Positions 24,059 to 38,200 of a DNA stretch of 64,000 nt are shown here, in pieces; position 1 is the stretch's first letter; each line of letters starts with the position of its first letter. The stretch is from contig JBHGNT010000011.1 in NCBI GenBank assembly GCA_043228905.1, forward strand, positions 4,216,001 through 4,280,000, read 5' to 3'. The notes under the pieces are model-generated. The model was not told the DNA's origin, did not search any database, and saw nothing but the letters and a program-made list of their open reading frames with translations. Source of the stretch: Azolla caroliniana. Taxonomy: Eukaryota; Plantae; Polypodiophyta. A program made the translations under genes and the position numbers.

Positions 24059-24619
24059 CTAGAGTTCGTTGAGATTGGTGGGATGTGGTTCGAGTGTTGT
24101 TGCAACGAGTTTCTCGAACTTCACACCAATTGTAGTTTGAAAGGAGACAATGTTCTTGCTTGGTAATAGGAGACATTCCCTTACGTAACACCAATCCAAA
24201 CCGAGGAGGCACGGGGTGTACAACACTTTCGGTGGGAGGACCAGAACTCGAATTGAGTGGTTACAGTATTGTGTCTTCATGTTACACACAAAGGCTCCGA
24301 GGCAATGTGATGTGGAACCATCGAAGCCAAGGAAGTTGTCGTTGCACGCTTCGAGGTCTGGGAGATGCTCCCACGTTTCGAAGGAGAAAAGGGTTAGTGA
24401 TGCTCCAGTATCGATTACTGTTGTTAGAGGTATGCCGTCAGCGAAGCATGGTAGGTGTGTTGTCATGTCATTAGGGTCTATCGACCTAGCCATAGCCACG
24501 GGGTGGGCGTCACCTTGTCCTTTCAGTTTCGCTTGCGTGTTGCGAAGGTCGGTTTCTAAGAGGGCCATTTGGCCTTTGGATGGTTTAAGTTTGGCTTCCA
24601 CTTCTCGTTGTCGAGCCAT
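24059..24619 (-). CDS. Retropepsin-like aspartic protease ORF downstream of the integrase of element E
   Basis: TVIDTGASLTLFS, FLGFDGS and CLLGLDW motifs. Confidence 0.7.
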   Translation of the reverse strand: MARQREVEAKLKPSKGQMALLETDLRNTQAKLKGQGDAHPVAMARSIDPNDMTTHLPCFADGIPLTTVIDTGASLTLFSFETWEHLPDLEACNDNFLGFDGSTSHCLGAFVCNMKTQYCNHSIRVLVLPPKVLYTPCLLGLDWCYVRECLLLPSKNIVSFQTTIGVKFEKLVATTLEPHPTNLNEL

Positions 24620-24810
24620 GAACAGGGCTTCGAGGCTGAGGGGTCCATAGTAACGTTTGAGCTTGTTCCAATTGATGAATCCTCAATTGAGCTTGTTCCA
24701 ATTGAGCTTGTTGTCTGCCACGCCTTTCTATTGGCTTTCTCTGTCAAGAGTGCTTGGAATGCGAGAAGGCGAGTTTCGGTCAACCGTTCTAGGTTTTCTA
24801 GGGGTCACGG

Positions 24811-27800
24811 TGTTGGCCGGTTAGGGTCACCGGGCTGGACAAGCCACTAACACAGGGTGTCCCTTTGGAACACTTCACCAAAGGGGTGGTATGGTAAGGA
24901 ATGTGCAGACTGTGATACAAGACCGATCCTTCCCAGTTACTATCCAGAATGATTAACTTGATACACGTGTATGATAATCACCGGTATTAACAAGACACAC
25001 AATATGTAAAGACACAACACCTCTCTATTAATTATCCGTCTCTAATGACATCATCTATGGATCCTTTTACAGGTATCCAGTTGTGCTACAAACCGATGCC
25101 AACCGGCAACCATCTACGAACCGGTCCAGATCCGGATCGGCATACCGATTCCGGGTTCGTCCGTCCGATCTTATAATTATTACAATTTATCTAATTACAA
25201 CTCCCAAAACCGACTCCCCTTTCATACTCTAGCCTAACCGGCCAACACATGGCACACCCGTGGGACAATACATTGTATGTCGAACCCACGGTTCGCCCCT
25301 TCATTCATCCTCCAAAATGTCCAGAATGCTCTGGTCCAAGGGTGCCAACGGTTCATCGGGTAGTTGCTCCATTGGCTGTTGCTGTTGCTCCTCCGGTTGT
25401 AGTAGTTGTTGTTGTTGTTGGTCTTCGTCCTGCTCTCCAGCCTGCTCTTCCTTTCTGGCTCTACTGGTCTCAGCGCTTGTGGCTCCGGATCCTCCATCCT
25501 TGGCTCCTCCTACTGCTGCACCGGGGCTTTGTCTAGCTCCTCCGGTCTGACTTCTTCCGGCTGTTCTACTTGGGCTTCGTTTGGCTAGCCTCCTCTAGTC
25601 CTGGCTACATTCGGTGGTTGCTCTAGAGATTTCTCTCCATCACTGATGTTAATTGCCGTCGACATTTGTGATGCTATTTGTTGTCTTCGCTCCCGTTCGT
25701 ATCGCTCGAGCTGGAGTTAAGTGCCAAGCTGGTCATCATCTAGTTGTTGTACCAGCTGCCTTACAACCATGAATTGTTCCCCTGTTAGGGACAAGAAATC
25801 GTTCGACAACTCCTCCCGAATGGTTACAATACTCTTCACATCCATCTTGTAGAAGTTGTCACCGTCCTTTCTCTGGTTTTCCGCATCCGCTTGCAATGTC
25901 TATAATTCCGCCGCATGTTGTACCCATTTTGACCACCATTGCACTGAGCTTTCACCAATGATACTCTTTGTTCATTCTTTCCATGCCACCACAATGGTGC
26001 GGCTCCGGCCGAGCCCCATCTTGGATTTGTCCTTCGCAATTTTCCTCTTTTAACTTCTTTATCAGGCCCGCGGTTGCCTGTGCCTGCACCTCATATTCCA
26101 GGAATTGAGTTTGATAAGTGGTCTGAATACTATTCAACACCATCTTTGCCCATTCCGTCTCCTCATAATGCTGCCGGTTGAGCTCCATCCGGTCCCTTGC
26201 TGCTTCTTCTAGTGCCTTTGCCATGTCGACCGCCTTGGTCTGTTCTTCCGCCAATGCCTTTGTCGCCCTGTTGACTTCCTTCCGGAGTTTCCCTAGCTCC
26301 TCCTATTGCCAGACACCTTCTACCATCAACTTCTTGTGCTCCACATCCAAATGCTTGCAATCCTAGTGTAGTCGTTCAAAATCCTCCGTCTTCTACTTCA
26401 GCTTTTGGTTTATTTGGCGTCGGGCGCGGTCTTACCGGTTTTTCTGCTATCGGAGTTCTTCTTTGAGCCGCTCGATTTTAGTTTCTGCCGATCGCCGGAG
26501 CTTATCCTTCTCTTGTAGCAGCTTCTCCTTTTCTTCCTTCAACCGGTCATTGAATTGACAGCTTTTCTGGATATTTTCTTCGAGTCTTCGTTACTCATCC
26601 TCCGTTGCCTTCTTCTGCTCTTGTTCTCTAGCCCTCAAGGCCTCCTGGGCTTCTAACTCTTCCCTGATAGTGGAGATTTCTTGCTCCCGTGCGATGCTTG
26701 TGTCCGGTGCTGTAGGAGCTACCGGTGTGTTATCTGTCTGCTCAGTCACCGGCGCCAACGGTTCTGGTCCTATCGGTGTGTTGTCTTTTAACGGTCCCGA
26801 TTCGTCCCCTTTCTGCTCTATGTCGCTTCTCTTCCGACAACGTAGGGGAGTGTCGGCAAGTTCTTCCTCCGCCTCCTCCTCTTGGGTTCTCATGTTTATC
26901 CCTTGAACCAAGTTAGGCGGCTCTTGCTCTTACCGACGCAATTTGATTTTAAGAGGCCTAACCGGTTGCTCTACTAGTGCCTTTGTCTCCACCTGCCTCT
27001 TCCGACTGGGTTGCTCTTTCCCTTTTTGTGATGAACCTCCCTCTGTCCAACCGGGTGTGTGCTTGGCAAGGAGTTGCTGCCGCTTCGATGGCTTTGTTTG
27101 GTGTCATATCGGCCGTTCGGCCCCACGTCTTTGCCTTTAATATCAGCACCGACGGTACCAGGAGAGTGAGCCATTGCGCCACGTTTGTCCATACCTTCTT
27201 GCCATCTACCACCGATTGTATGGCTGCTCGCAAACAATCAGTGATGATTACATGCCAATCCACCTTTACCCCTTCATATGTGGCGATGATGAATCTGGCT
27301 TTGTTCTTTGGCATTGCGGGGGGTCGGGGGTTGCACAAACCCATACTCATGGAGCACACGAGCTACTTCTCAGAACAAGGTGTCGTCGCCGCCCTGTGTC
27401 AGGTACGCTTTGCTGGCCAGGGAATACTCCCCGAAGAACTTCGTTAGCGTCTCTAGGAAGGATTCTCAATGGAGTAGATCTCTCACTCTGGCAATCCGAT
27501 AAAGGCGCGGATGGCCTCCTCCGTGATTACTTCCAGGTTGATCTTCTTCGTGACCTTTTCCGCTTCTTCGTGTGGAGGTGCCTCTGCCATCCGCGGGAAG
27601 CCCTCCAACCCATGTTGTGTGAACAATTTCTTGGCCATCTCAGAAAGCGCCATGGGCTCCAACGTGTCCTCTGTTTCGGTGGTGGTGTAGAGCTTTGGTG
27701 TGCCTGTGGTACCTTCTAGTGTTTGCCCAATCACTTGTATGCGCCTCTGTGTGCTAAGTGCTCAGTGTTCGCGAAATGAGAGAGAATCTGTTATGCAAAG

Positions 27801-30800
27801 GTTTTGTGTTCCCATTCTTGCCGCCTTTTCTCGATTCCCGCATATGCACGTCATGTGCTTTTAATAGTGGTTGTGTGACGCGTGGTGGGCTTTAAATGAC
27901 TTACGTCATACCGTTTCGAGGTGTCCGTTCATTTTTTAATGGCCTACATTCATGTTTTTTTTTCGTGTGCATGGTGGCTTTACTCCACATCATTACTCCT
28001 CGCCCCTGCATGATGGTTTTTTATTTTTATTTTTATTTTTACATGCATGGTATTCTAAACCCTTATATCCGGCAACACCGGATCCGTTGTATGTTCCTCC
28101 TCTTGGTTGCTGGCTATTCGCTTGCCATTCCTGGTTTCTGCTTCCGCATCCGGTTGTTTAAACGGGTTCCGCGGCATTGGTCCATAATACAGTTTTAGTC
28201 GAAAACCGTTTACCCATTTTTCCACGACCTCGCCGGCTAGCGTTCCTAGCTGATACGAGCCTTCAAACTCTCGTGTTATCTAGTACGATCCGGTCCTCCA
28301 GAACCGTAGCTTTCTCGGCATTTTGCCCATCGGGGTTTGAAATACTAACACCGACTTGCCGATTCCAAACATTTTCTCGTTCCCTTTCCGGTGCTGGTTG
28401 ATGAACGCTTTCCGTCGTCCTTGCTCGAGTTCCAACTGTAGAATGCTAGCTATCCGGTGTTCTTCTAATTCGCACAATGTCACTAGTCAAATTTTCTTTG
28501 ATTCCTTCTCACTTAACGTTTCCCGTACTTGAATCCGCAAACTCGGAATTTGAAACTCTATCCGCATGACCACTTCTAATCAAAAAGCTAAATGGAATGG
28601 TGTTGTTCGGATACTTGTTTTGTACGCGGTTCGGTAAGCCCACAATGCACTCTGCAGCTTCGTGTCCCAGTCGGTGCGGTTTTCATTGACTATTTTCCGG
28701 AGGATGTTCTGCAAGGTTTTGTTGGTGGATTCGGCCAATCCGTTGTCTTGTGGATAATAAGGTGTAATCCGCTTGTGTACAACCGCATAAAATGTCATCA
28801 AGCTCTCTACTACTTGACCGAGGAAATGTCCTCTTTGATCACTGATAAGTTCTATCGGGCATCCATACCGGCACCAAATGTACTCGTATAGGAACTTGGC
28901 CATTGAGGCCGTGGTATTATCCTGGAGTGCCTTTGCTTCCACCCATTTGGTGCAGTAATCTGTTGCTACAATGATATACCGGTTCCCGGTCCGCATTGCT
29001 AGAGGTTTGAACGGTCTGACGAAGTCCAATCCCCATTTTTGAAACGGCTCTAGTGGTAACACCGTCTGGTGTGGCATCCTTGCTTGTTCTGTTGGTTGGC
29101 CCATCCGTTGACATAAGTCGCACTCCTTTGCACACCGAATCGAGTCCTTCATTGTTGTAGGCCACCAAAATCCGCTTCACCATATCTTCTTTGCCGTTGC
29201 TTCTCCGGCATAATGTCCCCTAGCGACTCCACAGTGAGCTTCCCATAAAATTGTCTCCTTTTTGTCGCTTTGAACTGCTCTTCGCCATATACCGTCCGCT
29301 CCCTTGTGGTACAACGTATGTTGCAGTAAACAAAAATGTTGGCTTTGTACCACCAACCGCTTCCATTCGTCCTAGTTCAATTCTTCCGGGGGCAATCCGG
29401 TGCTTAAAAACTGATGTATATTCGTCAGTCATTTGTCCACCTCGGCCACCGTCCTGTCCACCGTATTCTCCGTTGTTACCCTGAACAGCTGTGCAACTGG
29501 AAGGTCGTCTTTGACGCCATCGCCTGCCCCTCTAGATTCTAATCGGCTCAAGTAATCTGCGACCGCATGTCGTACTCCTGGTCTGTGGTAAATCTCGAAT
29601 TCGAACTTCTGAAGAAGCTGCCTCCATCGTGCTAGTTTGCCGGTTAGCAATGCCTTGGAAACCAAGTAAAGTAAAGCCAAATGATCTACATGGAATGAGA
29701 ATTTTCGTCCTAGAAAATAGTGACGGAACTTCGTTACATTGTATATTATTCCCAAGGCTCCCTTTCCGTTGTTGAATAATTCCGTTCCGCTTGGGAGAGC
29801 TTTCGACTAGCGTAGAAAACCGGCCGGTACCACTTTGGTTCGGTGAGCTACATAAGAACGCTGCCGATCACGATATCATATGTGTCCACGAACACATGAA
29901 ATTCCTTCGACAAATCCGGGGGTTGTACGACCGGTGCCTGGGACAACATTATTTTGAGTGTATGGTATGCCTTATCCTTCAGTTCTTTCCATTGGAAAGG
30001 TGTTCGGTGTACAGCTGCGCGTAGTGGTGTCGGAACTCGTTCCTCATGGTGTTCTGTGGCGGTCGTTTTGTCTAGAGCTTCTAGTTTTGTTGTTGTCGGC
30101 TCCGGTGTCGGTATGTGGACTGACTCATCATCTTCCGGGTCATTTGGGGTATCGTGGCTACTACGATAATTCGATTGGACGCTGTGTTCGCCTTCCGAAT
30201 CCGATTCGATGGCAGAGAACGCTTCCGAACCGTCGTCTCCTATGGCAAGTGTCTGCAGAATGGACTTCGCTTCCGGCAGACTACTCAGACTACTTCCTTC
30301 ATCCAGGTGGTGGTTCTGTTGCAATTAGAGTGACTCCTTCGTGACCCGCCGAATCACTTTGGCAAAAGGCCGATCCGACCAGATCTCCTCCTCCGCCCGC
30401 TGGTAAGCCTCCCGCTTCCGCAGTCTCTCGGCGAGTCTTCTCGCTTGCTTGACTATTGGGTCGTTCGTTGGTCTATTCATCCATTCCCCCGTTGTTCACT
30501 GCACTTTTTGCAGGAATCGTGGTCGCCAAAACTGTGTTGTCACCGGGCTGGAGAAGCCGCTAACACAGGGTGTCCCTTTGGAACACTTCACCAAAGGGGT
30601 GGTATGGTAAGGAATGTGCAAACCGTGATACAGGACCGATCCTTCCCCGTTACAATCCAGAATGATTAAGTTGATACATGCGTATGATAATCACATTAAG
30701 CACAGAACGGTATTAACAAGATACACAATACGTAAAGAAACAACACCTCTCTATTAATTATCCGTCTCTAATGACATCATCTGTGGATCCTTTTATAGGT

Positions 30801-30973
30801 ATTCGGCTGTGCTACAAACCGGTGCGAACCGGCAACGGACTACTAACCGGTCCAGATCCGGATCGGCATACTGATTTCGGGTCCATCCTTCCGATCTTAT
30901 AATTATCATAATTTATCTAATTACAACTCCCAAAACCGACTCCCCTTTCATACTCTGGCCTAATCGGCCAACA
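24811..30973 (-). mobile_element. Internally deleted Gypsy element D (gag start joined to RH-INT, plus an extra ORF)
   Basis: LTRs at 30533-30973 and ~24827-25247; PBS TGGCGACCACG (30518-30528, Arg type); TSD CACGG/GACGG; deletion junction near 30025 removes PR and RT. Confidence 0.85.
25250..25289 (-). other. tRNA-3'-half-like module at the PPT position (element D)
   Basis: Element sense reads GTGGGTTCGA-catacaatgtatt-GTCCCAC-GGGTGTG-CCA, then tg, then the 3' LTR TGTTGGCC. Confidence 0.8.
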
Positions 30974-33900
30974 GACGGGAGGGGTTCCCCTCCCATTGTT
31001 CTTGAACGGCTATCTTGAGGCTAGGGACGAGGAACTCGATGGGAGGTACCACCTCTTGTCTATATACTAGTTTGAATGGTGTGTGGCGTGTTGCTACTTT
31101 GTAGGAGGTGTGGAAGGCCTACAATGTGGCTTGGAGTTTGGTGCTCCAATCGGACCGTGAAGCTGTAATTATCTTCGTGAGTACTGCACATAACACCTTA
31201 TTAGTGATTTCTACTTGTCGATTGCACCAGGGGTAATAAGGAGAGCTCTTGCGGTGCATCACCATAAACTCGCCTAGTAGGTGTGCTATCACCTCATTGA
31301 GGAAATGGGAGCCTTGGTCGCAAATGATCTCAAGCGGACATCCAAACCATGTGATGACATTTTCGTATAGGAATTTGGTTGTGCTATGTGCATCAGCGTT
31401 AACACTGGCTTTGGCTTCAGCCCACATGGTAGCATAATCAGTGGCGGTGATTATGTATTGATTGAGGTTGGAAGTTGGGCTAATTGGGCCGATAAAATCG
31501 ATACCCCATTTCCCGAATGGTTGCCAAGCCACTACCGGGTTTAATGTGTTGAAATCCACTTTTAGCGGGTGCTTGAAACGTTGGCACTCGTCACACCAGC
31601 GCACATACTCGTATCTGTCTTTGAATATTGTTGGCCATCATAGGATGGACTGGAGGATCTTGCGTGCGGCGGACTGGTGATTGAAATGACCGCTTCCGCT
31701 TCCGCAATGAGCTTGTTCGATGACAACGATGACATCATGATCTGCTACACACCTTCGAAGTACATCATCGTTGCCTCTAAGCATTGTGAAGGGGTCACAT
31801 TTTCTTAACAAAACACATGCTTGTGCCCGACTTAGTTGTTTTAGGAAGGGTGCTCCTTCGGTTTAGACACAAACGATGTCCGATGCCCATGATGGTACAG
31901 TGTCGATTGTGAATAATGTAGCATCTAGCGTTTCATCATTGACTCCAATGACTTCTTCTCCAGTACATGGTCTTTTCCTTTTCTCACCACCACCTTGAAG
32001 TCGAACTCGAGTAGAGTTATGATCCATCGTGATATGCGTCCTATGGCGTGAGTCTTGTTTACCAAGTAGAGGAGGGCTTGGTGATCTATAAAAAATGAGA
32101 AACGTGACGCCAAGAGGTAATGTCAGAACTTCTTCACGCTGTAAACCATTGCTAAAGCTTCTTGCTCCGTTGTGGCATAATTTCTTTTTGCAGAGTTTAG
32201 CTAACGGCTAGCAAAGGTGATCAGTAGATCGAGTGCTCCTTTGCTAGGTTGAGTGAGTACCGCTCCAATCGCGAAAGCGGAAGTATCAATGTGAATGTGA
32301 ATTCTTTGTTCTAGTATAGGGATCGGAGGATGGGGGCTTTAGTTAAGCACTCCTTCAAGAGCTTGAACGAACGGGTGCACTCTTCCGTCTAGGTGTACAT
32401 ATTTAGTAATGCGTAGAGTGGTCTTGCTTTGTCTGCGAACATCTTAATGAAGCGTCTATAGTAACCCGCGTACCCCATGGACCCTTGTAGTTGTTTCTCG
32501 TTCGTGGGTGGTGGCAAATCAAGGATGAGCTTTACTTTTGCATCATCGGTCGAGATCCCATGTCAGGACACAACATGACCTAATATGAGTCCGTGTTTGA
32601 CACAGAATTGACACTTGAGACGGTTGAGGGAGAGTTGATATTCCCTGCACTTTTCAAACGTCAAGCGGAGTAGTGCCAGGTGGGCATGCCATTTCGAATA
32701 GCAACATAAATCATTGACGTAGGACTCCACCCCTTGTCATAACCTTACCGCAAAGATGTGGTCTACTGCCCTTTGATAGGTGCTCAGGGCACTTGTGAGA
32801 TCGAAAGGCATCTGTTTGTACACAAACATACCCAATTAGCTTGAAAAGGCCGTATTGTGTTGATCTTCGGGTACCACCGAGATTTGGTTGTACCTTGAGA
32901 ACCCATCGATGAAGCTATAGGTTTCTGCTCCTGCAACTCTTTCGAGTAAGTGCTCGATGTAGGGTACTGGGTAGTTGTCTTTGATGGTGGTGTTGTTGAC
33001 TTCTCAATAGTCAACACATATGTGGATTTGGCCATTCTTCTTGGGGATGATTACGATTGGGGAGACCCAAGTTGTTTGCTCAATCGGGTAGATGATGCCA
33101 ATGTCTAACATTTTATTGATTTCGGCCTCTACTTGTTGAGCATAGTTAGGGTTCATTAGGCGTGGTCTTTGTCGGATTAGGCGGGCATTGGCTCGCATGG
33201 TGATGCTATGGGTGACGACTTCGGCTGGTACACCTTTCATATCTACATATGACCATGCGAACACGTCTCTAAATTCTGTGAGGACGGCAATCAAGGATGT
33301 CTCCTCATCCGATTGGAGATCCGTGGCGATGAACACTGGTTTGGGGTCCCCCCATTTCCTAGATTGATTTCTTTAACTCTCTCCGGTCCGTCGCATGCCT
33401 CATCTAGGATGTTAGGGGTGTGTTGTGGTCTCTTACAAGCCATGGCCCTACTCCCTTGTTTGTAGAGTTTGAATTGCTCCGGGAAGTCCACCTTTGTCGA
33501 GGTCTTCCGAGTGGTCGCAGTCTCTTCCTTGCACGTGATTCATTGTGCTAGGTTATCCTCTTTTACGTCCACCTGTTTCCGTTTGGGTATGAGAGTGGTG
33601 ACATTAAAACACGAAATCGTGTCTCCATCCTTATCGCAACACTTTGTACCAATGGGGTACATTGCATCGGTCGTGCACCCAATTAATCTCTGACGCATTG
33701 GAGGCTACGGCGTGGTCTTCCCTCACATTCTCTGTCCTAGGATTAGTGGATTTTTGGGGAAACAGTTGAACTATCTTTGTGGGGTTACATGCTAGGAGGT
33801 TGGTCTCAAACTCGGTGGTTTCTAACCAATCATCCACGAGAGGGATTCCTTCTTGTTCGTGAACTTTTTGTGTGTATGCTTTGATGTAGAAGGTTTTGTC

Positions 33901-35254
33901 GTTTTTACGCATATAGATTGTATCATTCCCAAAGTCCATCACAAGGAGGCTTACCCGTAGGAATGGCCTCCCTAGTAAACACTCATAAGCCACATGATTG
34001 GATGATCTTGTGACGACGAAGGTGAGATTGAACTTGACCCTGTGGATAGTGAAGTGGTGTGTAGGGATCATGCCTTCTGGCCGTTGGATAGACCCATCTG
34101 TGATTCGGAGTTTGTTGTCCGAAGGAAGCATTTTTGGTCTTCCCCACTTACACCAGCATTCGTAGCTGACTACGCTTAACCATGCTCCGGTGTCGATGAT
34201 AGCGTTACACGTCGTGCCGTTGACGTAGACAGGGAGAGTGAAACTAGTGTTGTCGACCTCGAAATGAGCTTTACATATATCTACCGGTGTTCCTCTAGGT
34301 TGTTTTGGGACTGTGATCGTATGAGGGATGTGGGTGTGTATCTTGTCTCCATAACCTGCTGACAGGCCGCCATTGAGGCGGTGAAGGATGGCGTGCCATG
34401 GTTGGATGTCGAGTTTGAGCAACTCTTCAAGTGTGAACTCTATTTCTTTGAATTTTAAATTTAATATTTGTTGGAGCAGGAATGTGTTGACTTCTTTGGT
34501 TGGGGTAGACTGGGAGATGGGTGTGTTGGTTGGTGTTACGACGAGGGGGGGTTTACCCATGTGTTGGTGTGGAGGATTTAGCCATTCTTCGAGTTGGTCA
34601 AAGTTTAGGCTCGAGAGACTAAGCATCCCTTCGAACTGTTCTTGGAGTATGAGTTTGATGTACTCTTCTACCTTTTGATTTTCAACCACTGGGTTTGGGT
34701 ATGCTGCTAGGCATGCTGGCAACTCTTGGTTAGGGTTGACAGGTATCATTTCTATGTCTCCCTCCGGTTCTTGATCTTCCTTTGAGGTCTACGTGGATGC
34801 ATATTTTTTGGATTTTCGTCTCTTACGCGTAGTCATGGGGAGACTTTGGCCATGATAGTTTAAGTTATGAGCTACTCTTTGAGCTTGTGTGATGACGTTG
34901 GCGCCAACCGTTGATGGTACGATAGATAAGAGATTTGCGCCAATCCGCTTCTTTTTTTCTGGGCAATCAGGTACTACATGTTCTTTACCACACCCTGGGT
35001 ATGATGCTTCTCTTTGGAACCACTAGATAAGGTCCTGTGATTGTTGGGTGAGACTTTGCACCGGTGGTTGTGGGGGTGTTTCAAGTGGGGAGGGGGTCGT
35101 GGTCGTTGTGCCATCCAATTGTAGTACTCATGTTTGGTCGGCCACTCACTAACCATGTGTGGTCCTTGGCAGTTGAAGCATTTCAATTCGAACCTTCTTA
35201 GACCATTATTGTTGCGATATCCTATCGACGGGCCTTGTTGTTCTCCTCTCAAGA

Positions 35255-38200
35255 TGTACAATCGAGAAATCATCGCGGACTAAATCAGAATAGACAAATA
35301 ATGCGCTGAAATACGAATCACATAGAAATGCCAGAAACAACAAAGACAAGATAAACAACAGATGTACAGAGATTTACGTGGAAACCCTAAAACGGGGAAA
35401 AGCATGGGTGAACAGATTCTTCACTATACAAAGTGGATATACAGTATAGAGAGGGCTACAACACTCTTGCGAGTGCATCAGCCGCACAGGGTTCTTCGCG
35501 TCTGCTGTTTCACACACAGCTATGGTGCGGCTCACACTTCTCTCTCTCTCGCACTCTCTGCACACACTTACATAGTTATCTACAACTTCTGTACTCTATT
35601 ACAACATATTTTCCCTAGTTGCATATATACTTACGTAACTTTCTGGTTATTTACATACGTAGCCCTCATGGAGCACACACTAAGACTATTTACAAATATA
35701 GTCTCCCAAGTTGGCTATTTACACGATTCCGGTCGGCCTCGGCCGAGTTCCTCATCAACTCGGCTCATGTTTTCCGACTCTTCGACTGTCAGCTTTCCGA
35801 ACAGTTGGATCATCCTCCCACTGGAGGGACATATTCCCAACAAACTCCCCCTTCACTCCTGTGGGAGGAAATCTGTCAGTCCTGTATTTTGTCGACAGGT
35901 TCTGAGTCTGTCCATAGGTAGGTTCTTCGTCATCATGTCGGATCCATTGTCGTTAGTATGGATCTTCACAAGAGCAAACTTTCCATCTTCGACTCTCTCC
36001 CGCAACGAGTGATACCTTCTCTGTATGTGCTTGGTCCGGGAGTGGTATGTTGCGTTCTTGACTAGGTGTATGGCGCTTTGGTTGTCACAATGAAGCAAGA
36101 ACTCCTTTTGCTTCATGCATAGTTCAGTGAGAAAATTTCTCATCCAGATCAGCTATTTTCCAGTTTCTACCACTGCCATATACTCTGCCTCTGTAGTTGA
36201 CAAGGCTAAAGACTTTTGCAGTCGTGACTGCCACGATACTGCTCCCCCTGCATAGGTCATCACATACCCTGACTTGGATTGGCTCGAGTCGACATCCCTT
36301 GACATGTCCGAATTGGTAAAACTTTCCAGTACAAGTTTTCCAACACCATACCTTAGGCACACCTCCGAGGTGCCTTTCAAGTACCTGAGTATCCATTTCA
36401 CCGCTGCCCAGTGTTCTCTCCCTGGATTACTCATACATCGGCTTACTGCTCTGACGACAAATGCTATGTACGGTCTCGTACAGACCATAGCATACATTAG
36501 ACTGCCGACGACTAAGGCATATGGTACCTTCGTCATCTTAGCCTTTTCCTTCTGCCCTTTCGGACACTGCTTCGCATTCAATCTGTAGTTTGTCGGCAAC
36601 ACTGAGCCGACCGGCTTTGCATTTGACATGTTGCACCTCTCTAGGATCTTCGTCACATACTTCTGTTGTGACAAACATAGCACCTTCTGAGCTCTGTCTC
36701 GGGTTATGTGCATTCCTAGGATTTGCTTTGCCGGTCCAAGGTCTTTCATGGCAAATGACTTGCCCAGAGCTTTGTTCAAGCTTCCAATCTTCCTTGCATC
36801 TTGACCGACTATCAACATATCATCAACATATAGCAAGAGAATCAAGAAATCTCCTTCCTCCTACCTTTTGACGAACACACAATGATCAGCCTGTGTTCCA
36901 TCATGAAGGACTCGAATTTCTTGTACCATTGGCGTGGAGCTTGTTTCAGACCGTACAAGCTTTTCCTCAGTCGACACACCAGATTCTCTTTCCCTTTCTC
37001 CTCAAAGCCTTCGGGTTGCTGCATGTAGATTTCTTCTTCTAGCTCCCCACGCAGAAATGCGGTTTTGACATCCAACTGTTCGATCTCTAGATCCATGCTA
37101 GCCACTATGCTTAGAACAGTTCAAATCGATGTCATTTTCACGACTGGTGCGAATATTTCGTCAAAGTCGACGCCCTTCCTCTGTTGGAAACCCTTCACCA
37201 CTATTCGGGCTTTATACCTGGGCTCGTTGTCGACTTCTCCAGTCTTCACCTTGTAGACCCATTTATTCCTGAGTACTCTCTTACCTTTCGGTAGCTCTAT
37301 TAGGTCATAAGTGTAATTGGCGTGCAAGGATTCCATCTCCTCTCGCATCGCGTTCAGCCATTTTTCTCTGCTCTCGTCGGCGATGGCTTCTTCATAGCAC
37401 TCCGGTTCACCGTCATCAGTCAAGAGGATGTATTGACTGGCATATGTAGTCAGTGTCGTCCTTTCTCTGAGTGGGTCTCTTCTCTTTGCTCGGGATTCTG
37501 CTCATCAATCGGCATCTCCAGGTTGGACAACTCCAACTCATATTCCTCAATTGATTTTAGCAGATCTGCTGCCTCCGACTCATAGCCTGTTGGTCTTTCC
37601 GAGTCGATCGACTCGGATTCGGCTCTGTCGGCCAGCTGTCTCCTTACAGCTGTCGGTGACGACTCACTTGGCCTTAAGTCGGTGGTAGTCGAGGTTGACT
37701 GGGGAGTCGGTTCCGACTTCTATTGCTTCCAGACTTCAATTGTCTTGTCTTCTAGAAATACTACATCCTGACTTCTCACTACCTTCATGTCAACTAAGTC
37801 CCATAGCCTGTAGCCGAATTCATCTTCCGAGTATCCCATGAATATGCATGCTTTCGACTTGCTGTCGAGCTTTGACCTCTGATCCTTTGGTACATGCATA
37901 TATGCCAAACATCCGAACACCCTCAGGTGTTGGTAGGAGACATCCTTCTTGTCCACACCCTTTGTGGGGCATCACCCTTTAATGGCAATGAGGGAGACCT
38001 ATTGATAAGATAAACAATTGTGTACATCGCCTTAGCCCAATAGGATTTTGGCAGTTTCGATTGAGAGAGCATGCTCCTTACTCTCTCCATGATCGTTCGA
38101 TTCATCCTCTCTGCAAGCCCATTCAACTCCGAGGTCTTTGGCACTGTGTATTCGATCCGAATACCTTGGCACTTGCAATATTCTTCAAACTGCCCTTTGT

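Larger units (their letters stand above)
23840..35254 (-). mobile_element. Degraded Gypsy element E (gag zinc knuckle, PR, RT, RH, INT and a downstream second protease-like ORF); hosts element D
   Basis: CFNCQGPH (~35150), IIDTGA (~34190), RT WVSPIVIIPKKNG (~33040), INT WGIDFIGP (~31490); the integrase C-terminus reads continuously across the D insertion (EQWEGNPS/RDPLENLERL). Confidence 0.85.

Noticed and set aside
25250-25266. Ordinary PBS of a plus-strand element beginning at 24811
   Set aside because: All coding remnants between these LTRs are on the minus strand, and a separate PBS is at 30518-30528, so this site occupies the PPT position.
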